Both the position numbers and the translations under genes were made by a program. Under the pieces are notes generated by a model that was not told the origin of the DNA, did no database searches, and worked only from the letters and a program-made list of their open reading frames with translations. From Vicugna vicugna (taxonomy: Eukaryota), in NCBI GenBank assembly GCA_013265495.1, contig MU058009.1, positions 870,001 through 934,000 of the forward strand: a DNA stretch of 64,000 bases, read 5' to 3'. This document shows positions 1 to 12,329 of this stretch, piece by piece; position 1 is the first letter of the stretch; every line of letters begins with the position of its first letter.

Positions 1-949
1 CTGCCCTCCAGCCCTCCTCTAAATCACACAGGTTAGTGCCAGTTTCCCTTTCCTCCAGGTTTTTCACATCTTTTCATTCTCACATTCCTTCAGGTTTTAT
101 TCTTCATTCATGAGCTCAGCCCCTGCTAGATGGCAGTCTCCTTGAGGACAGAGAGCCCGGGCGGGGCCGGTTTACCAGCAGGCACCCCGGGCTGCGATTA
201 CAGGCCTGCCTCCCGTTCACTGTGCTTGCTGACTCAGCATATGTTTTCCCCAAACACCTGAAGTTTCAGAAGAGAGGCCAAGGGCCAGAGCGGTGGTTTG
301 GGGATTCAATTCCTCCTTCATCCCTGTAAATCGCTGCTTTAACTTGAGGCTGGGGCCCATTTCTGTGGGAAGCTGGCCCTCTCACTGCCTGTAAATCAAG
401 GATGTCAATCTTTCCTCCTGTCAACCTTTAACCAGAGCCAGATGCACAGGACTTCGCCTTGCCCGCTTCAGTGTCCTTGGGCTATTTCCTTCCTGGGTCG
501 TCTGGCCTTGGCTAAAAGTCCCGGATTCGCATTCCAGGCAGCATTAAACGTCCGCTCCCATACCCGTTCACGCTCACAACCCCTCAGAGTTTGACAAATT
601 ATTTCAGTTCCCACCAAAGCCAGCTTAGCTCGGCAAATCCATCAGACCTGCCAGCATTCACAGAGTGACTCTAGAGAGGACGATGTCTTGTCTCAGCTGA
701 TAACTCCGTTATAGGCAGGATGCCCATAAATTTGCAATATTCCAAGTCACGACTTCCCAGCACATTGTAGGCACTAACAACGACAATAATTATTATTATT
801 CTGTTTCAGGCTACCTCGCCTAGGAAACTCACTGGAATGCATTTCGGAGGAATTCCCCTCAGCGGTGTTTTACACTAGGCCGTTGCACTTGTGATTCAGG
901 CACCTTGTGTTTAATAGCTACTGACTGATACAAATACACTGGGTACAAC

Positions 950-1400
950 AGTCCAACACATTCATTAGGTATTTAGGGACCCTGTTATGTGAAGACACTG
1001 CGCTAAACAGAGAGGGGGCACCGAGACGAGCAACACAAGGTTCTCATCCCGGAAACCTCCCTCGTAACCCTGAGGCTGAGACACGTGCACGAGTGACTGG
1101 GAACAAGACGTGACGGGAAGTCACCAGAGCCACAGGTGTTTGGCTTTGTGAGCTCAGCAGAAGGGAGACGTCACGGCTGCTCTCGGAACCAACGAGTCCT
1201 TTTTAAGCAGGTGACGTCGATGCTAGATCTCAGAACACGGCAAGATCCTACCCTGAGCGGAGGAGAACTCTGGGTGAAGGGACAGCCTTGCTAAATGGTC
1301 TTTAGGAAGACTTCCCTCCCTGAGGGAGGGAGGAGCAAGTTGGAGCGAGCTGACAGTGATGAGGAGAGAAGAAGCAGGGCGCCCTGGCCCGAGGGGGCGT
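950..1400 (-). mobile_element. L2 LINE 3' fragment, degenerate and CpG-enriched
   Basis: cattcattaggtatttagggaccctgttatgtgaagacactgcgcta resembles the reverse complement of the L2 3' end, followed by purine-rich L2 body. Confidence 0.6.
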
Positions 1401-1839
1401 CAACAGTTCTCAGCCACTAGCTGATCGTGTGTCCTCACTGAGTCACCAAGCGCCCAAGGACCAGCCTCATCTACAAAATGAAAAGTTTGGGTTTCAGAAT
1501 CTTGAAAGCCTCACGATCTTTTTTTTTTTTTTTTTTCTGACCAAGAAGCCAGTGTTCTTCGGGCTTTCAAGTTGTGAGATGTTTCTATACAGTGGTTACC
1601 AGAGCAGCTTCCTTAACCTAATAATAGGGAGTCCTCATCCCTTCTCCTTCAAACTGCAGCGCTTGTCTTCATGCTACGCCCTGGGCTTGAAAGGGCATTG
1701 GCATGGTAAGTTCAGCTTTAGCAATCCCATCCAAAATTATACCCTCCAGTGAGGACTTCGTCTCAGAGCAGGTGACCTTCTCACTGGTTCCAGAAACTTG
1801 CCATGAGCCATTCCTCTCACCTACTTACCCGGCCTCATG

Positions 1840-2158
1840 CTCCTGTGATTTTCCATAATATCCACCTCACCCAGCTGCTCTGCCCCGATAAGAATTCTTC
1901 AAGCTACTGCTTTAGTTTCACCTTCTTTATGAATCCTCGCTGATCATGACTCGATCTGTCTCTGATATTGTGGAGAAGCTATTTTCAATCCCAGAGCTGT
2001 GGGGACTGTCATCTTCATGTTTCATTTCAGGAGCACAAGTCTCATTGCTCAACAGCCTATGAGCTCCTGGGTGGGCCATACCCCACTCTGGCTCAGCATC
2101 AGCAGAGCCTTATTCAGCCCTGGAACACCGCTGTATGCTGCATACATGCTTACTGATA
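1840..2158 (+). mobile_element. L2 LINE 3' fragment
   Basis: Degenerate L2 3' landmarks: ttcttcaag...caccttctttatgaatcct...gagctcctgg...cctggaacac...atgcttactga. Confidence 0.45.
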
Positions 2159-3479
2159 GATTGCTGCATCCTAGAAACCATAAGATTTCTCCAACTCTAA
2201 GTACAGATTTGATAAACAAGGAGACGCCTTTACATGCCCATGGTACTCTGGAGACTTGTCAGCCACTTTTTTTTTTTCCCAGGGGCAAATTGAAATGTTT
2301 GAATCTGTGCGAGGAGAGGGAGAAAAGAAGGAATCAGGCAGATCTCCTTAGGTAGTTCTTCCTGGTATCCTAGCGTCACGTGACTTTGCTACGTGGAGAT
2401 AATTCCGCTCCATCTCTCTTTCCCAGGATGTATTTCTTCTGAAAGTTTAAGTCCATGAAGAGAAGCCATCAACACCCCAATACTCTTGCAGATTTTCGGT
2501 TAATGAGAATCAGCCTTGTCGGGTCCATTAAGAGAGTTGTGAATAAGAGGAAGGCGACAGACAGTTAGACAAAGTGGCGGGAGATGTTGATGGAGCATCG
2601 TGTGAAATGATTCAGAGACCCTGAACCGGGAAGTCCCAGAGCTCTTTCAGGAAACTGAACTTTCTCTCGGGTTCGTAAGGTAGGACGGCCGCTGAAAATC
2701 CCTGTGAGAGTTCTGTGTGTTGGGAACAGCGTAAATGAAGCCCTGAACACACCCACTGCTAAAAAATACCCTTTGAAAACAATTTGATACCTGTTTAAGA
2801 GAAGAATTAGCTTCCTTGAACGAGGCAGAGTAAGTGGTAAAATTTAGCCGTGGAATCTTGGCCCTACTTTATGCTAAGTGGACAATGATTGATGTCAAAT
2901 TGCAGAGGAATACCTAAGAAATTACCTACCTCAGTCACACAAGTATCAGAAGAATTTATCATAATTAATGGTATTGCTCTGAAAACCGAAGGAAGGGTGA
3001 AGCGTTTGCATTTCTTATGAAGTGCTGACTATATTATTTGCTTCAGGTAATAATCACAGCGCCCCGGCTTGCTAAACGGCAGCAGTGAACATGCAGAGGT
3101 TGTAAACGAGGCTCTGGGTCTGCGGCTCAGTTTAATCTTCAGCTTGTGTGTGAGCTCCCGGTTCCTGTAACATACGATGTATCAGTTAACACAGTCCTCC
3201 GCTGTCTTGGGAGACCGGGGTTAGCAGGAGCAAAAAAATGCAAATCCCTAATGCCAGCCCGATCACCGGCAGGGGCTGTTCTAAAGAAGCCTCTGACTAT
3301 CAGAATAAAGTCCCACCTCAAAGATTCACTTTGAATTTCTAGGTCTATCACCCAGGAGCTCAACGCTTTCCATATCTGGGGAGGTCAGATGTATTTTTCG
3401 GATGCAAACCGAACGATGGAAGGCCATTGGCATATTTTGATTGCAACTGCTTGTCATGCCGGAAGTATTTTGTGTTCAT

Positions 3480-3665
3480 CCAAGCTCTTATTTAACCCTC
3501 ACCGCCATCCTGTGGGAGTGAAACTGCAATTTCTGTTTTACGAATAAAGCCCTGGGGCAAGGGGATCTTCAGTGACCTTGCACTAGGTTACACGGTCAGC
3601 AAGTGGCAGAGCTAGGACCCCGTCCGAAGACTGTCTGGGTCTCGATCCCAGGATCCTCCCAGGTT
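3480..3665 (-). mobile_element. MIR SINE
   Basis: tttaaccctcac...gtgaccttgcactaggttacacggtcagcaagtggcagagctagga matches the antisense MIR core. Confidence 0.7.
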
Positions 3666-4676
3666 TCCATTCTAGAGAGATCAGCTGATGGCCAAGGATG
3701 GGGCTACATTATCCTCACTCTTGGGCCACCCTCTTCGCCGGTGGCGTTTCTGCCCTGACTTCTGGTCTGTGACAGAGACTTGTGGAAGTCACTGCTATGC
3801 TACACGGCTCAGCGCTCTTCTTTGTAGAATGTGAAGAACAGCCTATTGCAGATATCAGAAGGTCATCAGAGTGATTTGGCCGGGGCAGTAGGATTAATAC
3901 TGCATTCTTGCAGGGTGCTGTGGATCTAATATTTGCATGATACACACTTCGAGGTTGTACTTTTTTCAGAAGCAGTTGGTCTGCACTGACCCACTCACAC
4001 CTTCTCACCTTGTGGACACTGGCTGTCCTCCTCTGTGGCTGTGGGTGGCAGGACATAGTTTTCCTTGTCTGTTGTGCTCCCAGGGACTGGGATGGGGACC
4101 TGCACTGGCCCTCACCAGCCTCACTAGCCCTGCTTGGTCCTTGGAAGAGGGGCTGCTAGCCTGGGCTGAAGCCTACTTGGGACTTCTCCCTCCAGATGCT
4201 AAGGTCTGCTTGCCTGGCGCTGGTCTGGGGTGGAATTCCTGGGTTGTTACATGGCTCTAACCACAAGAGATTGTGGAATTAGCCATAGCTCTTCCAGGAT
4301 GTTGTTCATACAGTTTTCGCAGATGGACTGGGCCATACTCAGCAGCACACATCTGTGAATGTGAGTGACCTGGAACGCTGGTGAGACCCATTGTCTCTTC
4401 ACTGTACAGTTAATCCGGCCTCCAAGGGTGCTCCCATATCCTGGCGACGGCCAGAGCTCTGGGGCTGCTTCTCCAAGGCTGCCATCATGGCTCTTTCAGC
4501 ACTGGTCCACCAATGAGCTGCTCTGTTACCTTACTATCGTTGCTGCCTTTCCATTAAACTGTGTGTTCCCTCCGAGTTAGAGCGTGACCCTTTTCCTTCT
4601 GTTTATTGCCTTGCACGTGGTCTGGCACCTAGCAAACGGCTGAGGAATGAATGGGAAGGGGCAAGGCATGGCTGAC

Positions 4677-4750
4677 TGGACCTCCCTGGCATCAAACCCA
4701 TGAGCCCGGCCTTGTTATCATTGTCCCTTAACCATCAGGGTTAACCAGCC
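4677..4750 (-). mobile_element. Degenerate tRNA-Ile-like head (MamSINE1-type ancient SINE or tRNA pseudogene)
   Basis: Colinear over ~74 nt with the reverse complement of tRNA-Ile(AAT): atcaaaccc..ga...ggc.tt.tta.ca.....taacca.c.g.g.taaccagcc. Confidence 0.6.
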
Positions 4751-5409
4751 ACGGCCAAGAGACATCAGTCTGATTCCCAAGAAGAGCAAGTTCCAAGAGC
4801 GACCCCGTCACCGTCAGGAAATTGGCGTCCTGCGTAGAGTTAGAATCCATTTACTGCAGCCTTGCGTTTCCTCTAAGTGCACTTTGGTGTGAATAATGAG
4901 TGGAGATAACTAAGTAAGAAAGCGACTTAACTTTTAAAGCTTTTCCCCCTAAGGGTGTGGTTCTATTATTTTCAGAGCTGCCGCTACTGTCACCCAGGCT
5001 GTTGCTCTGCTTCCCTGGTAGATATCACACAGCTCTCGAATGGAGCGTGTGCTGTGCAGCGACTTGATAGACCTAATGGCCAGGAAAGGCCCCGTTGGCT
5101 TTCCTGACTTTGGATTGACTTCCAGAGCCTGGAGCCTGAAGAAAGGCAGGCAGAGCTGAACTTTGTCTTCACTGTAACTTTGCCAGGAGCTTCCCTAAAA
5201 GTTAGGAATGATGGTCAAGGGAGACAGTGACCTTCACAGGAGAGGACATCCTATCAGAAAGAAGTCTGGCATCCTGGGCTCCTCGAGCTTCCCTGTGGAG
5301 GTCTGAAGAGTAGTCACTCCCCAAGAGAAATTGTGCTTGGTGTTCTGTCATCTCACGGCCAGGACAGAAGTGGGAGCTTCTGATGTGGGAGCTTAAACAT
5401 TTTCTATGA

Positions 5410-5582
5410 GTTTGTGTTCACTGTTTTATTTATTCTTACTGCAACCCAATGCCAAAAGTAACATTTCTCCACCTTACAAATGAGGAAACCGAAGCCTGGA
5501 GAGGGTCAATCATTTTCCTAAAGCCATGCAGTAAGAAGTAGGATCAGAAATTGAAACCACAAAGTCTAGCTGATCTTTTCAC
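5410..5582 (-). mobile_element. MIR SINE
   Basis: cccacttacaaatgaggaaaccgaagcctggagagg, antisense MIR core. Confidence 0.75.
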
Positions 5583-6730
5583 TATACTTCGTAGGAAGTA
5601 CTCACTAAATATTTCATTTCTGATACCTACCTATGGAGGTGAACATGCAATTTCATATCCTTTATTCCTCAAAGAGTCTCCCATTTTTGTATGTGATGGG
5701 TTCTTATCAAACCTGATGAAGGAGGGGTCTCTTCCCTGAAACTTTCTTGGTTCTCCAAACTGAGTGTCTCTCCTTCCTCAGGTCTACATCCCAGCTTTGT
5801 GATCATACTTATATTGTTATAGGCATCATCATGTGTTAAAATTACTTCTACATCTGCCTTAGTTATCATGTGTTCTTTAAAACAAGAACCTCTTGTCATA
5901 GTCTTCCTCATGACCTAAGGTAATTAGCAGGGGTTGGGTTATAAGTGGTCTGAGTCATAAACAGGAGAAAACCTTGTACTCTGGTTGTTTAATTCAATAC
6001 AGGACAATCTGGGGAAGTGTAATCCTTGTGCTGGGAGCTGACATGGTATATTGGAGGGAGCATATTGTAAAAGGGTGATATTCTGGTCAGGGCCAAGGTC
6101 AGTCAAATCAAAGGCGGCGCTGCCATCAAACCAAAAGTCTAGTGGACTGATGGCATTTTCACTGCTGAAGGGAGATATTTATTCATATCAGGCCTCAGAT
6201 TATTTTTTTCTGTATGCCACATTGGTATATGAAAAGATGTAATTTTTTAAATGCCCTTGAAAAATAACAGCAATAACTGTGGATAATTAAATGAGTCTAA
6301 GAAAGGAGTATGGAATGAGTTAAGTGGGTTCCATCTGTAATTCAGTTGATGATGCTACATGATGAGAAATAGGGGACCCAGCTGGGGTTCCGTGGCTTTG
6401 TATGGAAGTACCATTGTTTTATGAAGAAATAAACACACCTGTGCTCAGAGTTTGCCAGCAAAACCAATCTGTTTCACATTTTAAACTCAACTCAATTATA
6501 ACATCAGTGGGTCCCTGTGGAATAGAAGTGTGTCAGGACCACACCCCCCTTCTCCAAATCCGTGTCAACCATCCAGCACCAATGCCCAGGCTAGAGGTTT
6601 TCCCAGTGCTTGTGGTTACAAACCTTGCCAGCCTTGATGGTGGCACCAGGGTCTTTGCCTAGGCCCCATCTCATCTCATCTCATTGACCAATATCTAGTC
6701 TTAGGAATGCAAATTCTGAAGCCAAACCAA

Positions 6731-6761
6731 AATGAATGAATGAATGAATGAATGAATGAAT
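6731..6761 (+). repeat. (AATG)7 microsatellite
   Basis: Directly visible; typical of L2 tails. Confidence 0.95.
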
Positions 6762-6932
6762 TAAAGCTCTAGGGGTTTTGAATAATGTTGCCTTTGAAAG
6801 GCTGGAAAAGCAAAGGCAGCAAAAATCATCATCTAAATGTTTTCTATAAATATAAAACAAAAGAGGAAAATCAGGCCCATCACGTCATTGTATTCTGGGC
6901 TTTTTTAAAAATGGAATTTGGAAAACCTGTTT

Positions 6933-6955
6933 TGTGTGTGTGTGTGTGTGTGTGT
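6933..6955 (+). repeat. (TG)11 microsatellite
   Basis: Directly visible. Confidence 0.95.
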
Positions 6956-7937
6956 TTGAGGAAAACAGTGGGCTTGAAGGTAGTGCTCTCTGGGCCCCAG
7001 ACTATGTACCAACACCATGTGTTCATTCCAGCTCTCCTTTAGTAGAAGCTCAGGATTTTTGAAATGAAGTTTTTCAATGAGTTTCACAAGGCAACTTAAT
7101 ACTGTTGACTCGTTTGTTTCCCCAACATAACTTGGCTTTTTTTAAGTCATGGTCTAAGACTAGTGTAGTGCTGTGTCCCTGTTGCTCCATACAGAGCCCA
7201 GAACATGATCCATCACCAACAAATAACTATTGATCAAGTAAAAGTTGAAGGGGAGGAGAGAGAGAGAGAAAGAAGAAACATTGGTAACTAAAATCTTCTG
7301 ATAATTCCTAAGGTTTCTTGCTCTCTTAGGAACAGTTATCTTGTGACAATGTATTCCCATACGCCAGACCCAGGACAGAAGCTGACAGTGTACAGTGCTA
7401 GTGGTGGTGTTCAGACTAACGTCCACTGGTGTATAGACTGGTACCCTCTCAGCTGAGCCCTCTGAGGATAACCTGCCACTGCACTCCCATCTCCTGATTT
7501 GCAGGATTCAGAATGTGAATGAACCATCCTACTTCTCTTGCTTTGAACCTCCCAAATTTCCAGTGAGACTTCCTGCCTGTGACTGTCTTCCACATTTGGT
7601 ACCACCTCCACCTGCAGATCATACAGTGACATGTTTCCTTCCTCACAAGGCATGTGCATTATTATTTGAAGAAAATTATTTGAAGAAAATGCCCCCATTC
7701 TTTATTGTGTAAACCAAAGAGGTGACTCTAGAGAGGAATATTTCAAGCTAGGTTGTAAAAAGACAGGATGAAGATTTACTCATAGGGTTTAATACATCTG
7801 TAGTTATTGGCTTACCAATTAAAGTGCAGTCAGATATTACTAGAAATGTCCACTCAGACTGTTTTTGGAAACAGAAAGTCAACAAGCAGGAGGCTGAAGC
7901 CAGCCTTCCTCATTAGCCAAGTCATTCTGATGTTATC

Positions 7938-8146
7938 TTGAGTTGTCCAACACAGTAACCGCGAACCATATGTGGCTATTTAAATTTCAATGTAAATAAA
8001 GTTAAATGAAATAAAAATTTTAATTTTTTAGTCACATCAGCCAAATTTCAAGTACTGAATAGCCATGGGTGCCATATTGGAGATGGCACAGATGGGGATA
8101 AACTTCACATCTTCATCACTACAGAAAGTTCTATTCCACAGTGTTG
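7938..8146 (-). mobile_element. MER3-like hAT-Charlie MITE
   Basis: tgtccaa...catatgtggctatttaaattt...tttcaagtactgaatagcca...cagaaagttctatt.cacagtgttg, with degenerate terminal inverted repeats. Confidence 0.8.
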
Positions 8147-9637
8147 TAGAACTTACGTCCTTTGGAAAATTCAAAAGAGACAGATTACCTTGAGGGGCCA
8201 TACTAAAGTTTTTGTGTTTTTTTGTGTTTTTGTGTTTGTTTTTGTACTCATGTGTCACTGGAGAAACAATTACTTTGTTATTTGTAGGCAATGTTTTGTG
8301 ATGTTAGAGACCACTTCTTATGAATGGGGCTCCTTTTGGACTGGTCTGTAAAAGATGGAGCTGTCTAATCAAGGGATAGAGAACTGTGGTCATATAACAT
8401 CATGCTTACTATTTTTTCTTTCTTTAGATCACTCTGCTATGCTTTTTAAAAAATGTCTGGGCCTTAAGATGGAAATTCCATAGACTATGGAGCTGGTCTT
8501 CCCTACTTTGTCCACCATAGTAGATACAGGAACGGGCCAGGAGCTGGCATATACTGGGGCAAGTGGGACCTAGATCATAAATTGTTACTTCTCTTGTATG
8601 AGTAAAGATCTGGTGGGGCCATGTGACCCAAATCTTATTAAATGTATAGAGCCAAAATGCCTGAGCCATGCATGCTTAGCTGTGTATTCGGATCATGAGT
8701 AAACAAGAGTTGACATTTCTTCTTTTCTTTCCTGTTTCTTCTTTCTCCTTTTTCTCTCTTCCATCTGTACCTTCCCCCTACCACCCCTAAACACATGTTA
8801 GCTTAATGTCCATTGGACTAGGAGAAGGGATCAGTGAACAAAGACATTCCCTAGTCTCATGGGACTCACAGTCAAGGAAACAGACAACGAAAAGTACTTA
8901 CAAATGTTATTGTTTAAGGATGTAAGTGGCATAAAAAGGGAACACAAGATGGTCAACAAACAAAAAGCTCTAACAAGAAGGAGACTTTATGTGGCTGGGG
9001 AGGTAAGAGATTGAAGAATAATAAGTACTTACATTCTGTTTATATTTAAGTAATTAGTTCTTCCCATGTGGCAGGTAAAGAGCATTGCATAAACACGGCA
9101 TTGCTGACATTTCTTTCATGGTGACCAAGTTTCTCTGAGCCTCCTGGCCCAAATTTCAAGGCTAGTCTCATGACACTGTTCTCAGGGCAAGAGTTAAGAA
9201 TTACTGCAGGTGGGAAGAATGGAAGACAGTTGGGGATGGATGAGGAGTGTGGGGGTGCTAGTGTGAGCAATTTTCTATAACACAAAAATAAATTTGTTCT
9301 ACCGAGGGCTCGGGAGGGGAAAGGTGAGGGCACACACATATTTCTTTGTTGGCATTTATGTTTTCTTGGCAGTTTTGTTACTCTGGACCCATCAATGTCA
9401 ACTCATTGATCCCGACTTGGCTTGTTGCCTGTCTCCACTGGATAAAAAAAAAATGTGGCTAAATTATATCGGATTCCACGATAAAATATATTCAGCTGTC
9501 CCCGCTGCTGCAAGCTTGCCCTGGCTTCTGTGGTTACACTATGAGTTGTGCTTTTTTCTCTACCCACCTCTTTTGTCTTTCTCTATTATTGCTCTTTTCA
9601 TCACAGCATCCTTGCCTTCTATCTCTGTCCTGCTCAG

Positions 9638-9655
9638 ATGCTGACAGACGATAAG
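9638..9655 (+). other. Candidate 18-nt microexon (MLTDDK in phase 0); host gene unidentified
   Basis: ~85-nt pyrimidine-rich tract ending ctgtcctgctcag, exon ATGCTGACAGACGATAAG, donor AAG|gtatgg; length is a multiple of 3 and only one frame is open. Confidence 0.45.
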
Positions 9656-10399
9656 GTATGGGTGGTTAATTGCTGATGCCTGTGAAATTCTGAGTGACTG
9701 CTTATTAAAGGGCTCGGGGTCTTCCTTTGATGACATTTAAGAAATATGATAATGTGTTAAAATATATGTAACATCTTTCTGATTGTGTGTGTGTGTGCGC
9801 ATATGGTTAGTCTTCCCTCAAATGTGCTCATGCAGTGTTACTTTTGGAATGCAGTTGTCTCTTCAAAGTGGCTATCAAGGGAATTAGGACTCAAATTAAG
9901 GATTATTAAAAAGACATTCACACTGAAATATGTTATTACTGCAAACGCTGTTCTTGCATTAGCAAAATGAAGTTAGTGGAACAACTGGCATTTACAGCCG
10001 AGGCTCTAAATCAGAATTCTGCAAAGCCTGCCTGTTTTTCCACCCCAATAACATCCTTTCCTCCACAATTCTGTCACCATGAACTTTGGCAAGTACCTCT
10101 TTTTATAGAGCACCAGGCAGGCTTAGAAACCAGAGGAACGCTTAACTACTACTTTCTGCATTTGTTCCAAATGCTGGCCATTTTTTGGGGGGGTTTTGGG
10201 GGAATCGGCTCAGCGGAAGCTTGAGAACCCGGATACCTGATTTGGGAATCTAGTTCTACTGCAATGTGTCCATTCAGTTATCTGATTCGCACTATGGTTC
10301 ATGCTGGATCTGCTAGATGGGAAAAGACACGTACCTGGTCTTCAAGAACAAAACACTTGCAGCTTTTCCTAAACTCAGCCTTCTTTCTGTGTTTTCTAG

Positions 10400-10698
10400 A
10401 TCACTTGTTAGTTCAAAGACAACTGGCTCACTCTACTGGAAACCTAGGCCTGATCCTTGATTCCTCTCCCTTCCCACCTTCCCCTTGGAAGTCATGTCAC
10501 AAACCGACCAGGTATAACATGAAACCTTCTCAAGGTTTGTTGAGTCTCCTCCCTCCTTTGCTGCTCTTCTCGTGGCTTTCCTTGGTCCGTGTCCTGCTGT
10601 CATTATTTCTTGCCTGTGTAACTGTGGTGGTGTCTTACCTGTCCTCACTGCCTTCAGTCTTTCATAAAACTGCATTCTCATAAAAATCAGATTCCAGA
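10400..10698 (+). mobile_element. L2 fragment
   Basis: gaaacctaggcctgatccttgattcctctccc...tcttgcctgtgtaactgtggtgg resembles the L2 body. Confidence 0.6.
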
Positions 10699-10699
10699 G

Positions 10700-12290
10700 T
10701 TTTTTTTTTAAACAGCTTTATTGAGATACAATTCACGTAACATAATTCATCCACTTAAAGTGTGCAATACAGTGATTTTCAGTTATTTCCACAGTTGTGC
10801 AACCATCACGACAATCAAATTGAGAACATTTTCATCAGCCCCCAAAAAGAAAACTTAGTCATCATTCATAGTCACTTCTTGTTTCTCACCAAACTCCCGG
10901 CTCTAGGCGAATACTCGCTGTTCTGTTTCTCTTCCTCAATAGATTTGCCTATTCCAGACTTTACATCTAAATAGTCATACAACATATGGTCTTTTCTGAC
11001 TGACTTACTTTACTTAGCATGAGGTTTTCAAGGTTCACCCATGTTGTAGTATATGCCACATCATCCCTTCTCATTCCTTTACGTTTAAAATCTTGAACTA
11101 AGGTGATGTGCCACGTTTGATTTATCCGTCCATCAGTTGGTTATTTGGATTGTCTTCGTTTTGGGGATATTATGAATAATTCCTATGTGAACATTCATGT
11201 ATACATCTTAGTGTGGACATGTTTTCAGCTCTCCTGGATATATACCTAGAAGTAGAATTACTGGGTCATATGGCAATTCTAAATTTAATCTTTTATTTTT
11301 TAAATTGAGGTAACATTGGTTTACAATATTATATGTTTCATCTAAATAATATGAAAACACTAATTTGAAAGGAAATGTGCACCCTCATGTTCATTGCAGT
11401 ATTACTTACAATAGTCAAAGTATGGAAACAACCTAAGTGCCCATCAACGAATGAATGATTAAGAAGCAGTACATATATATTCTATTGTGTGTACATACAT
11501 GTGCATATATATATGTATACACACAATGGAATACTACTCAGCAATAAAAAAGATGAAATCTTGCCATTGTAACAGCATGGATGGTGTTAATGGTATTTTG
11601 CTAAGTGAAATAAGTCAGATGGAGAAAGATAAATACTGTATGACTTCACTGTATGTGGAATGTAATAAATATGCATACAAATTAAAAAAAATAAATGAAG
11701 AAACCAAACTGAACAAAAACAAACACAGAGATACAGAGGATAAAGTTGTGGTTGCTAGAGGGGAGGGAGGGCAAAATGGGCAAAAGAGTTTAACCATATG
11801 GTGATGGATGGAAACTAAATTCTTCCTGGTGAGAATGCTGTAGGTATACAGAAATGGAAATATAATGTTTTACAAATGAAACTTACATAATGTGATAAAT
11901 TTATGTTTAATATTTTGAGAACCTGCCAGACTATTTTCCAAAGATTTACATTTCTACTGGGAGTGTATAAGGGCTCCAATTTTTCCAAACCCTAATGACA
12001 CTTTTTACTTACAATCTGTCTTTCTAACTATAAAAGAAGGGTAAAGTAGTATTTCATGATGGTTTTGATTTGCATTTCCCTGATGGTGAATTATGTTCAC
12101 CATTTTTTTCACTTGTTTATTGGCTATTTTTATATCTTCCTTGTAAAAAAAAATCTATTCAGATCTTTGGCTCATTTTCAATTGAGTTACACTTTATTAT
12201 TAAATTATAAGCATTCTTTGTGTATTCCGGCTACTAGGTCCTTATCTGAAATATGATTTGTAAATATTTTCTCCCATCTGTGGGTTGTTG
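10700..12290 (-). mobile_element. Old L1 (L1MB-like) 3' end and ORF2 tail, interrupted at ~11290-11900 by a younger L1
   Basis: Poly-T then cagctttattgagatacaattcac...; ctgggtcatatggcaattct | tatgtttaatattttgagaacctgccagac...ttttgatttgcatttccctgatg. Confidence 0.85.
11290..11900. mobile_element. L1 (L1MA-type) insertion with 5' inversion: minus-strand tail 11290-11343, plus-strand ORF2 end/3'UTR 11345-11900
   Basis: ORF 11487 encodes the L1 ORF2 C-terminal motif TMEYYSAIKK...LSEISQ.EKDKYCM on +; the T-rich tail and the 3'-terminal ~50 nt lie on the - strand. Confidence 0.8.
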
Positions 12291-12329
12291 TGCATTGTTT
12301 TGTTTCTAGTTGTTTAGAGTAAGTTCAGC

